DNA of 64,000 nt from Corallococcus sp. EGB (GTDB lineage: Bacteria > Myxococcota > Myxococcia > Myxococcales > Myxococcaceae). The stretch covers positions 5,601,356 through 5,665,355 of the forward strand of contig NZ_CP079946.1 of NCBI RefSeq assembly GCF_019968905.1, given 5' to 3'. The notes under the pieces were generated by a model, which made no database searches, had not been told where the DNA came from, and was given only the letters and a program-made list of their open reading frames with translations. Every line of letters begins with the position of its first letter. Positions within the stretch are counted from its first letter, which is position 1. This document shows positions 56,572 through 64,000 of the stretch, one piece after another. The translations under genes and the position numbers were made by a program.

Positions 56572-57579
56572 GTGTCACGGCCCCGGTTGATCAAAGAGAA
56601 CTCCGCGCCGCTCTCCCTGCCCCGAGAGCAGCTCATCCGCATCCATGACCTGATGGTGAAGGCGCGCGTCCTGGAGGAGCGCCTGATCCAGATGTACAAA
56701 CAGGGTCACGGCTACTTCTGGATCGGCGGTCCCGGTGAGGAGGCGTTCAACGTCCCTCTCGGCCTGCTGATGAAGGTCGGCGAGGGCCCGGCCTACGACT
56801 ACCTGCACGCGCACTACCGCCAGTCCGCCACGCTGCTGGCCATGGGCGAGGAGCCCATCGGGGCGCTGCGGCAGATGAAGAACACGGCGACGGACCCCTA
56901 CTCCGGCGGCCGCAACTTCGCGGGCCACTTCAGCCGGCGCTCGAAGAACATCGCGCCCATCACCTCCCCCATCGAGGTGCAGTACGCCATCGCGCCGGGC
57001 TCGGCCATGGCCCAGAAGCGCCACGGCGGCGACGGCATCACCATCGTCACCGGCGGCGACGCGGGCACGGCCGAGGGCGATTTCGCCAGCTGCCTCGTCT
57101 GGAGCAGCCGCCCCGCCAACCCGCTGCCCATCCTGATCATCGTCACCAACAACAAGTGGGGCATCAGCACCACGGCGGACGGCCAGCACGGCGAGACGAA
57201 CATCAGCGACCGCGCGCGCGCCTTCAACATCCCGGCGAAGACCATCAACGGCAATGATCCGGTGGAGTCCTACCAGGAGCTCCAGGCCGCGATGGACTAC
57301 GTGCGCAAGGAGCGCAAGCCGTTCTTCATCGAGGCTCGGGTGTCGCGCCTGTACGGGCACTCGTCCGCGTCCGGCGCCAACTTCGTGAACGAGGAGCAGG
57401 ACTGCCTGCGCCTGTTCGAGGCGCGGCTGGAGCAGGAAGGCATCCTCGACCGCAAGCAGATGGACGAGGCGCGCAACCGCTACACGGAGGAGCTGGCCGC
57501 CGCGGCGCGCACCGTGCGCGACGAGCCGCAGCCCTCCGGCGACTCCATCTGGGACCACATCTACGCGGAGAAGAAATAA
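56572..57579 (+). CDS. 2-oxoacid dehydrogenase E1 component alpha subunit (TPP-dependent)
   Basis: TPP-binding GDGxxxEG-like segment (TGGDAGTAEGDF) and IVTNNKWGIST; 335 aa. Confidence 0.85.
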   Translation: MSRPRLIKENSAPLSLPREQLIRIHDLMVKARVLEERLIQMYKQGHGYFWIGGPGEEAFNVPLGLLMKVGEGPAYDYLHAHYRQSATLLAMGEEPIGALRQMKNTATDPYSGGRNFAGHFSRRSKNIAPITSPIEVQYAIAPGSAMAQKRHGGDGITIVTGGDAGTAEGDFASCLVWSSRPANPLPILIIVTNNKWGISTTADGQHGETNISDRARAFNIPAKTINGNDPVESYQELQAAMDYVRKERKPFFIEARVSRLYGHSSASGANFVNEEQDCLRLFEARLEQEGILDRKQMDEARNRYTEELAAAARTVRDEPQPSGDSIWDHIYAEKK

Positions 57580-57581
57580 CC

Positions 57582-58637
57582 ATGGCGAACATGGCACAGG
57601 CCATCCGCATGGCCCTGCACTACGCGGAAGAGCATCTGGGCGTCACCGACATCTTCGGCGAGGACGTGGGCGCCCCCCTGGGCGGCGTCTTCACCTGCAC
57701 CCAGGGCCTGAAGACGGCGTGGAACAGCCCCCTGGACGAGCGCGGCATCATCGGCGCGGCCATGGGCCTGGCGATGGCGGGCAACCGCCCCGTCGCGGAG
57801 ATCCAGTTCTGCGACTACATCTACAACACCATCGACCTGCTCAAGCTGGCGGGCAACACGCACTGGTCCACCAACGGTGACTGGGCGCTGCCCATGGTGG
57901 TGCGCACGCCCGTGGGCAGCGGCATCCGCGGGTCGCTGTACCACTCGCATTCCTTCGACGCGACGATGACGCACATCCCCGGCTGGAAGGTGGTGATGCC
58001 CTCCACGCCGCTGGACGCGTACGGCCTGCTCATCTCCGCGTGCCAGGACCCCAACCCGGTCATGTTCCTGGAGCCCAAGGCGCTGCTGCGCGTGAAGGGC
58101 GACGAGCGCATCCCGGGCGAGCCCGAGGACGACCGCGCGCTGTCGAAGATGATCGACGCGCCCCTGGGGGACCGCTCACAGTGGAAGCCCCAGTGGCCCG
58201 CGCTGGAGGCGTTCGCCATCCCCATTGGCAAGGGCAAGCTCGTGCGCGAGGGCACCCAGGCCACGGTGGTGAGCTACGGCCGCACCATGCCCCTGTGCAT
58301 CAAGGCCGCCTCGCAGCTGGCGGAAGAAGGCCTGAGCGTGGAGGTCATCGACATGCGCTCGCTCTGGCCGTACGACTGGGAGATGATCAAGGCCTCCGTC
58401 CAGAAGACGGGCCGCGTGCTCTTCGTCAACGAGGACACCGAGGTGACGAACTTCGGCGAGCACCTGGTCCGGCGCACCGTGGAGGAGCTGTTCTACTCGC
58501 TGCTCGCGCCGCCGCGGCTGGTGGCCGGCAAGTTCGTCCCGGGCATCGGCCTGGCGGACGCGCTGGAGATGGCGTCCGTGCCGCAGCAGAACGACATCAC
58601 CACCGCCCTGCGCACGCTGTGCCGCGAGCAGCCGTAA
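57582..58637 (+). CDS. 2-oxoacid dehydrogenase E1 component beta subunit
   Basis: Transketolase-like pyrimidine-binding and C-terminal domains (FGEDVG, VVRTPVGSG); starts 3 nt after the alpha subunit. Confidence 0.85.
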   Translation: MANMAQAIRMALHYAEEHLGVTDIFGEDVGAPLGGVFTCTQGLKTAWNSPLDERGIIGAAMGLAMAGNRPVAEIQFCDYIYNTIDLLKLAGNTHWSTNGDWALPMVVRTPVGSGIRGSLYHSHSFDATMTHIPGWKVVMPSTPLDAYGLLISACQDPNPVMFLEPKALLRVKGDERIPGEPEDDRALSKMIDAPLGDRSQWKPQWPALEAFAIPIGKGKLVREGTQATVVSYGRTMPLCIKAASQLAEEGLSVEVIDMRSLWPYDWEMIKASVQKTGRVLFVNEDTEVTNFGEHLVRRTVEELFYSLLAPPRLVAGKFVPGIGLADALEMASVPQQNDITTALRTLCREQP

Positions 58638-58752
58638 CGCGCGGCGTTCCACCCACACCGTAGAAAGCCACGGGGGCCGCCGTTCCTCTTTGGAGGCCGG
58701 CGGCCCAGTCGTTAGAATCGCAACTTCCGTGTCCCAGCCCATCGTACGCACC

Positions 58753-59220
58753 ATGACCCCCGCCCCAGACGCCAACGCCTTCCGGATCCGCCGCGCGCGT
58801 CGCGGCGACGCCGAGGTCATGGCCCAGCTGCTGCGAGAGCTGGGCTACCCCCAGGGCACCGATCAGCAGACGGTGCACTGGGTCATCAGCCATCCAGAGA
58901 TTGAAATCTTCGTCGCGGGAGATCCGCAGGACCGCGCGGTGGGGATGGTGTCCTTCTCCCACCGGCCGCAGCTGCGGCTGCGCGGGCGCGTGGCCACGGT
59001 GGACGAGCTCGTCGTGTCCGAGGGCTGGCGCCGCCGGGGCGTGGGCCGCGCGCTGCTCGCGCAGGTGGCGCAGCGGGGCAAGGTGCTGAGCGTGAAGCAG
59101 CTGCAGCTCATCGCCCCCATCAACGTCACCGAGGAGACGCGCGCCTTCTACCGGGCGTGCGGCTACGTGGAAGGTGACTCCGGGGTGTTCCGCCACGCGG
59201 AGTACGAGCCCCAGCGGTAG
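58753..59220 (+). CDS. GNAT-family N-acetyltransferase
   Basis: Acetyl-CoA-binding motif VSEGWRRRGVGRALL; start MTPAPDANAFRIRRA within ORF 58690..59220. Confidence 0.65.
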   Translation: MTPAPDANAFRIRRARRGDAEVMAQLLRELGYPQGTDQQTVHWVISHPEIEIFVAGDPQDRAVGMVSFSHRPQLRLRGRVATVDELVVSEGWRRRGVGRALLAQVAQRGKVLSVKQLQLIAPINVTEETRAFYRACGYVEGDSGVFRHAEYEPQR

Positions 59221-59290
59221 CGGAAGGGTCCGCCGCGAGGGCCCGGCATCCCGGCCGGGCGCCTCCGCGGAAGAAGGTGCTTCGGAAGAC

Positions 59291-59647
59291 TCAGCGCTTG
59301 AAGCTCGCGACGACGCGGCGCAGGCGCTCGTGGTCCTCTTCGCTCACGTCGGTGAAGCGCACGCCGATGGCCTCCGCCTCGTCGCGCACCCAGGCGACGA
59401 TGCCCGTGAGGTGGAACTCCTCCCCGTCGATGACCATGGCCAGACGCACCTGCGCGCCCACGTCGTAGGACTTGCGCGTGCGCAGACACAGGCCCCCCGC
59501 GGACAGATTCAGCGAGTAGGCCCGCAGCGCTCTCGCCGCGTCCTCCGCCTGACCGAAGCGCACCTCGAACCGCGCCGCCACGCGCTCGTCGGCGCGACGG
59601 TTCATGTACGGGTCTGGCTCCACCGGCCCATCCAACTTCGTATTCAT
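59291..59647 (-). CDS. PilZ-domain protein (c-di-GMP-binding candidate)
   Basis: Internal start MNTKLDG; PilZ motifs RRADERV ... DLSAGGLCL; 118 aa. Confidence 0.6.
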   Translation of the reverse strand: MNTKLDGPVEPDPYMNRRADERVAARFEVRFGQAEDAARALRAYSLNLSAGGLCLRTRKSYDVGAQVRLAMVIDGEEFHLTGIVAWVRDEAEAIGVRFTDVSEEDHERLRRVVASFKR

Positions 59648-59774
59648 GCGCACCCTGACCCCCTCGGTTCTCGGACCCGAAGTGTCGGCTGGTTTCCAGG
59701 CCCGGTTCAAGAGCCCCCGGACAACGGAAACGCTCGTGTAAGTCCAAGGCCAATTTGATGCCAGGAGTTTCCGG

Positions 59775-60662
59775 ATGAGTGCACGTCTCGTGTTGTTGGG
59801 TGGGGCCCTGATGCTGGGGCTGTGGGTGGCGGGCTGCGATGACGGAAAGACCGTCCAACCGCCAACGGATGGGGGAACGACCCTGGATTCGGGCGCGGAT
59901 GCCGGAGATTCCGGGACTGTCGACGCTGGCGATGGCGGCGGCGGAAAATCCGACTTCGCGTGCAACGTCCCGAGGCAGGAGGGCTGCGCGGCGGGACAGG
60001 ACTGCCTGTACACGGACCTGGCGGATGGAGGCACGGGCAGCCAGTGCTTCGCGGGCGCTTGCGACGTGGTCCGCCAGGACTGCCCGTCCGGGCAGCGCTG
60101 CACCTACGTGGGGTTGGACGGCGGAAGCACCGAGCGCCAGTGCGTCGCGGCGGGCACCGCCACGGAAGGAGCGCCGTGCCTCCTGGCCAACTCGCCTCCG
60201 GGCCAGACCTATGACACGTGCGCGGCCGGCCTCTACTGCAAGGACGAGTCGCAGGCCGACGGCGGCGCGGCCTTCTTCTGCCGCAAGCTGTGCCACGCGA
60301 CGAGCGACTGCGGCTCCGGCGAGTGCAACACCGTGCTGCGGCTGCCCGGCACGCGCGAGCTGCCGCTGGTGTGCGGCCCCGCGTCCGCGCGCTGTGATCC
60401 GTTCGCGCAGGACTGCGAGAGCCCGCTGGGCTGCTACCCGGCCTCCAACGGCCCGGTGTGCGCGGGCCAGGGGACGCTGGCGGAGGGCGCCGCGTGCGAG
60501 TTCAGCAACCAGTGTTCACCGGGCAGCACCTGCGTGATGACCAACGGCCACGGCACGTGCCGCACGCTGTGCCGGACGGCCGGGGGCTCGCCGGGCTGCG
60601 CGAACGGCGCCACCTGCCGGGCCATCAACAACAACAGCGGCGTGGGCGCCTGCGCCCCGTAG
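59775..60662 (+). CDS. Cys-rich secreted lipoprotein (repetitive CxxxC modules)
   Basis: Lipobox LGLWVAGCDD; more than 30 Cys in recurring ...GxxC...C...DC... modules, a pattern common in myxobacterial secreted proteins. Confidence 0.6.
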   Translation: MSARLVLLGGALMLGLWVAGCDDGKTVQPPTDGGTTLDSGADAGDSGTVDAGDGGGGKSDFACNVPRQEGCAAGQDCLYTDLADGGTGSQCFAGACDVVRQDCPSGQRCTYVGLDGGSTERQCVAAGTATEGAPCLLANSPPGQTYDTCAAGLYCKDESQADGGAAFFCRKLCHATSDCGSGECNTVLRLPGTRELPLVCGPASARCDPFAQDCESPLGCYPASNGPVCAGQGTLAEGAACEFSNQCSPGSTCVMTNGHGTCRTLCRTAGGSPGCANGATCRAINNNSGVGACAP

Positions 60663-60869
60663 AGCAACGGATTTCCCATCCAGGGGAAGCGTCCCTCCCG
60701 GGGTGGCGCGCGCGCGGGTCCTCCTGGGGCCCGGACCGCCACCGCGTGGGGAGCGCCGTGGGTCATTCGTGCCTGCCCCCCTGTTCTCGGCGATTGGCGC
60801 GCGCCGTGAATCCCCGGGTCGCCACGCGTGGACATCGTGCACATTGTCTTGCGCCGGGAGGTCGTGGGT

Positions 60870-62138
60870 ATGGGGCTGAGGAAGGCGCTGCGCTGGGGCT
60901 GCTTTGGAGCCCTGGGCCTGCTGGCGGGCTGTGGGAGCATGGACGACGGCGCGACGGACGAGCCGGCGCGGCCTGGCCACACGGACGCGGAAGTGACGGC
61001 GCCGGCCCCCACGGACTCCGTGGAGGCCGCTCCCACGCTGACGCTGCATGACGGGCATCAGGTCCAGGCCACGCCGCCCGCGACACCTCCCCCTGCCCGC
61101 TTCCAGCCCGGCTTCCACCAGGCGCTGCGGCTCTCCAACAACGTGGGGACCGTCACCACCTACCGGCTGAAGGTGCCGGTGGGACGCGCGGGCGGCCGCG
61201 TGCGCGTCACCTTCCGTTCGGGGGACGGCACGCTGACGCTGCAGAAGGCCACCGTGGCCAAGGCCGGCGCCAACGGCGCGCTGGCGTCCGCGCCGGTGAC
61301 GCTCACGTTCAACGGCCAGGCCGGCTTCACCGCGAACGCGCGCACCCTGGTGACGTCGGATCCGGTCGCGTTCCCGGTGGCGTTCCGCGACGAGCTGGCC
61401 CTCACCTTCGAGGTGAAGGGCGCCGTGGCCCAGAGCATGATCGACGCGTTCCCGGACAGCTGGATGAAGGCCGGCTCCTACGCGACCACGCAGGGCGCGC
61501 TGGGCGGCACGTCGTGGCAGAAGTCCCTGGGCGTGGCCACGGTGGACGTGGAGGGCCCGCCGGGGCGGGCGTTCGTGGCCATCGGCGACAGCATCACCGA
61601 GGGCTACATGGACACCTTCAACGACACGCGCAACGCGTGGCCGGCCCTGGTGGAGAAGCAGCTGGGCGTGCCGGTGGTGAACTCGGGCGTGTCCGGGCAG
61701 GGCTTCTGGGACGCGAACATCCAACTGCCGCAGGAGGTGCTGGCGCTCCAGGGCGTGACGGACTGCATCGTGCTCCTGGGCACCAATGACCTGGGCGCCT
61801 CCGACATGACGGTGGAGAGGCTGGAGCAGCGGATGACCCAGATCCTGGATCAGCTCCAGCCCAGGTGCCGGCTGTGGGTGAGCACGCTGCTGCCCAAGGA
61901 GAAGACGAACGAAGGCAGCTACGACCTGGTGAAGTCCCAGCGCCGCGCGTTCAACGAATGGGTCCGCGGCCTGACGCGCGCGGATGTCATCGACCTGGAG
62001 GCGGTGATGCGCCAGCCGGGCAACGCGGACCTCTTCAAGGACGGCCTGGAGGTGGACGGCATCCACCCTTCCGCGGAGGGACACCGCGTCATGGCGAACG
62101 AGGTGGTCCGGGTCCTCAAGGAGAAGGGGGGCCTGTAG
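60870..62138 (+). CDS. SGNH/GDSL-family hydrolase lipoprotein
   Basis: Lipobox LGLLAGCGS; catalytic block IGDSITEG; C-terminal DGIHPSAEGH (the DxxH of the SGNH triad). Confidence 0.7.
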   Translation: MGLRKALRWGCFGALGLLAGCGSMDDGATDEPARPGHTDAEVTAPAPTDSVEAAPTLTLHDGHQVQATPPATPPPARFQPGFHQALRLSNNVGTVTTYRLKVPVGRAGGRVRVTFRSGDGTLTLQKATVAKAGANGALASAPVTLTFNGQAGFTANARTLVTSDPVAFPVAFRDELALTFEVKGAVAQSMIDAFPDSWMKAGSYATTQGALGGTSWQKSLGVATVDVEGPPGRAFVAIGDSITEGYMDTFNDTRNAWPALVEKQLGVPVVNSGVSGQGFWDANIQLPQEVLALQGVTDCIVLLGTNDLGASDMTVERLEQRMTQILDQLQPRCRLWVSTLLPKEKTNEGSYDLVKSQRRAFNEWVRGLTRADVIDLEAVMRQPGNADLFKDGLEVDGIHPSAEGHRVMANEVVRVLKEKGGL

Positions 62139-62237
62139 CGCCGGGCCGTCCGGAAAACGCTCGCAGGGTTTGAATAGCTTCGGGGCCGCTGCGTCCAGGC
62201 GGTATTCCCGACCTTCCCCACTCCCCGGAGCCCTCCC

Positions 62238-62594
62238 ATGCGCGCCCTTCCCGCCGCCCTCGTCGTCGCGTGCCTCGCCCTGCCCACGCTCGCCCACGCG
62301 TCTGCGCTGCGCTGTGACAACAAGCTGGTGTCCGAGGGCGCCTCGCAGGCGGACGCGCTGGCCAAGTGCGGCGAGCCCGTGACGAGGCAGAGCAAGACCG
62401 AGTACGTGACCAACAAGAGCAAGGTGAGCACGGGCCGCGGCCACTCGGAGCGCGAGGAGGCCTCCACGGAGGTCACGACGTCCACGACGGTGGAGGAGTG
62501 GACCTACAACTTCGGTCCCCACCGGCTGATGCAGGTGGCCATCTTCCGCGACGGCCGCCTCGTGGACGTGCGCAGCGGCAGCTACGGCTACTGA
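62238..62594 (+). CDS. small secreted protein (DUF2845-like)
   Basis: Signal peptide ALVVACLALPTLAHA; conserved-looking Cys pair (LRCDNK ... KCGEP); 118 aa. Confidence 0.5.
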   Translation: MRALPAALVVACLALPTLAHASALRCDNKLVSEGASQADALAKCGEPVTRQSKTEYVTNKSKVSTGRGHSEREEASTEVTTSTTVEEWTYNFGPHRLMQVAIFRDGRLVDVRSGSYGY

Positions 62595-64000
62595 AGGACG
62601 CCCTCCTCGGGGTCGCGCGGAGACAGCGGCCCCAGGTACTTCTCCAGCAGCTGGCGCATGGACGCCGGCCGCAGACGCAGCCTCTCCCGGAAGTCATGCA
62701 GGTGCCCGCGCCAGGCCTCCATCGAGGCCGGCTGGCTCCAGCGGGCGACCTGGCCGGGCATCTCCGGCTCCAGCCCCTCCACCGCCGCGTCCAGGGCCGG
62801 GAGCACCCGCTCGGCCGCGAAGGTGTGCTCGATGTGCCAGAGGAAGCGCTCGATGAAGCGGGCCTTGAACTCCGGCGACTGGAGCAGCGCCCGCAGAAGC
62901 TGGGTGGACCAGGCCGGCACCTCCGGCGGGTCGTTCAGCACGCGCCCCAGGCTGTCGAAGTCCGGGCCCTGGCTCAGGGCGGCGTCCAGGTCATACACGA
63001 GCCAGCGCCAACGGCCGTCCTGGCCGTAGGGCGCGTCCTGCACGGTCTTCTTCGTGCGCAGCCGCCAGAACTTCACGTTGTTGTCCGGCCAGTCCGCGTT
63101 GCCCAGGTAGAGCTGCGCGACCTGGTAGTCGATGAAGTCCTCCACGTCCATCCGCTCGCGCACCCAGGCGTAGTGCTCCGGCACCGACAGGTCGTGCGCC
63201 GCCACGTAGGCGAGGAGGTCCTGGTAGGGCTGCGCGTCCTCGGTCTCTCCCACGCTCACGAGCCCAAAGCGCTCCAGGATGACGGCCTTCTTGCGGTCCA
63301 CGCCGTAGTGGGAGGCCAGGTAGTACTCGTCCAGGCGCTCACGCATTTCGTGCAGGCCCCAGTACTCGCCGTTGATGAACACCAGCGTGGGGCGGCAGGC
63401 CTGGATCGCCAGCCGGGTCTCGGCCAGGAGGCCCTGCAGCATGCAGTCGCGCAGCTTGGTGGCGCCCTGATCCTGCCCGGACGTGCGCACCAGCAGCCGC
63501 GTGAACTCCGTCACCGGGGAGCCGGGGAACACCGCCCCCGCGAACGTCTTGGGGCCGTAGTCCTCCTTCGCGTACAGCCGCAGGCTCTTCTGCGGCAGCG
63601 CCGCGCTGCCGGAGCCGTGGATGCGCACGCCCGCGTCCTGGTCGAACACGCGGTCGCCGGAGGCCTCGAACCACTCCACGTGGACGGGGCGCTCCCAGTC
63701 CTTGCCGTCCTGCAGGTAGTTGGCCGCCTCCCAGTCGTCGGGCGCGGCCTCGGACAGGAGGCCCGGCACGTAGATGCCCTTCTCCGGGCCGAAGAAGTTC
63801 TCCGCGTCCGTGACGAGCGACAGCACCGGCAGCGTGGACGGCGCCCGCCCGATGATGAACGTGCGCGTGCGAACCGGGCCCACCGGCTCCGTGCCCGCGT
63901 ACTGCCGGTAGCGAATCACCGCGGCCTGCGGCGGTTGCTCCCGTGGCTCCACCCACCGCGTGCCCTCCGCCGCGGAGGGCGCCGTCGTGGGGATGAAGGA
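62588..64000 (-). CDS. CotH kinase-family protein, C-terminal part; gene continues past the right edge
   Basis: CotH-like motifs (LRLYAKEDYGPK, TKLRDCMLQ, DWPDNNVKFWR); the reading frame stays open upstream of the annotated start (…SFIPTTAPSAAEGTRW VEPREQ…) to position 64000. Confidence 0.65.
   Translation of the reverse strand, partial: SFIPTTAPSAAEGTRWVEPREQPPQAAVIRYRQYAGTEPVGPVRTRTFIIGRAPSTLPVLSLVTDAENFFGPEKGIYVPGLLSEAAPDDWEAANYLQDGKDWERPVHVEWFEASGDRVFDQDAGVRIHGSGSAALPQKSLRLYAKEDYGPKTFAGAVFPGSPVTEFTRLLVRTSGQDQGATKLRDCMLQGLLAETRLAIQACRPTLVFINGEYWGLHEMRERLDEYYLASHYGVDRKKAVILERFGLVSVGETEDAQPYQDLLAYVAAHDLSVPEHYAWVRERMDVEDFIDYQVAQLYLGNADWPDNNVKFWRLRTKKTVQDAPYGQDGRWRWLVYDLDAALSQGPDFDSLGRVLNDPPEVPAWSTQLLRALLQSPEFKARFIERFLWHIEHTFAAERVLPALDAAVEGLEPEMPGQVARWSQPASMEAWRGHLHDFRERLRLRPASMRQLLEKYLGPLSPRDPEEGVLQ

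Noticed and set aside
1-64000. CRISPR arrays, IS elements, integrases, rRNA and tRNA genes
   Set aside because: No short regularly spaced direct repeats. No transposase-like or integrase-like ORFs. No low-GC structured RNA gene segments on visual inspection.

Overview
This 64 kb window is very GC-rich (about 70%) and gene-dense, and reads like a myxobacterial (Myxococcus/Corallococcus-like) chromosome segment. I support about 50 protein-coding genes. Long antisense 'shadow' ORFs in the track, typical of high-GC DNA, were discarded. There are no rRNA or tRNA genes, no CRISPR array and no obvious mobile element. Four loci deserve a closer look. The first is a minus-strand cytochrome island (17.3-24.0 kb): menA, a lipoprotein with five C-terminal heme motifs, a Pro-rich lipoprotein, a membrane-anchored tri-heme cytochrome c and a conserved hypothetical. 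It sits next to a perfect 9-bp-arm palindrome in the divergent menA/slt promoter region. The second is a lipid-modification island (29.6-37.5 kb): two membrane desaturases, a heme-oxygenase-like di-iron candidate, a B12-binding radical SAM enzyme, a 595-aa polytopic membrane protein and an orfA(DUF47)-pit pair preceded by 11-bp-periodic GTCAC repeats that look like a Pho box. The third is a long minus-strand signalling operon (43.9-56.2 kb): a membrane PP2C phosphatase, a TPR protein, a PhnD-like binding protein, a TonB-dependent receptor with a long N-terminal extension, an RsbW-like GHKL ATPase and a Ser/Thr kinase fused to two STAS domains and zinc ribbons. The fourth is a 1430-aa adenylate/guanylate cyclase-AAA-TPR protein. 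Other genes include tandem DUF4139 (MuiA-like) paralogs, def, an Old Yellow Enzyme, an esg-like 2-oxoacid dehydrogenase E1 alpha/beta pair, a PiT phosphate transporter, a lytic transglycosylase, an M28 peptidase and a partial CotH-family gene at the right edge. Gene starts were chosen by signal peptide, Shine-Dalgarno and domain logic within the supplied ORFs. All family assignments come from motif and composition recognition only; no searches were run.
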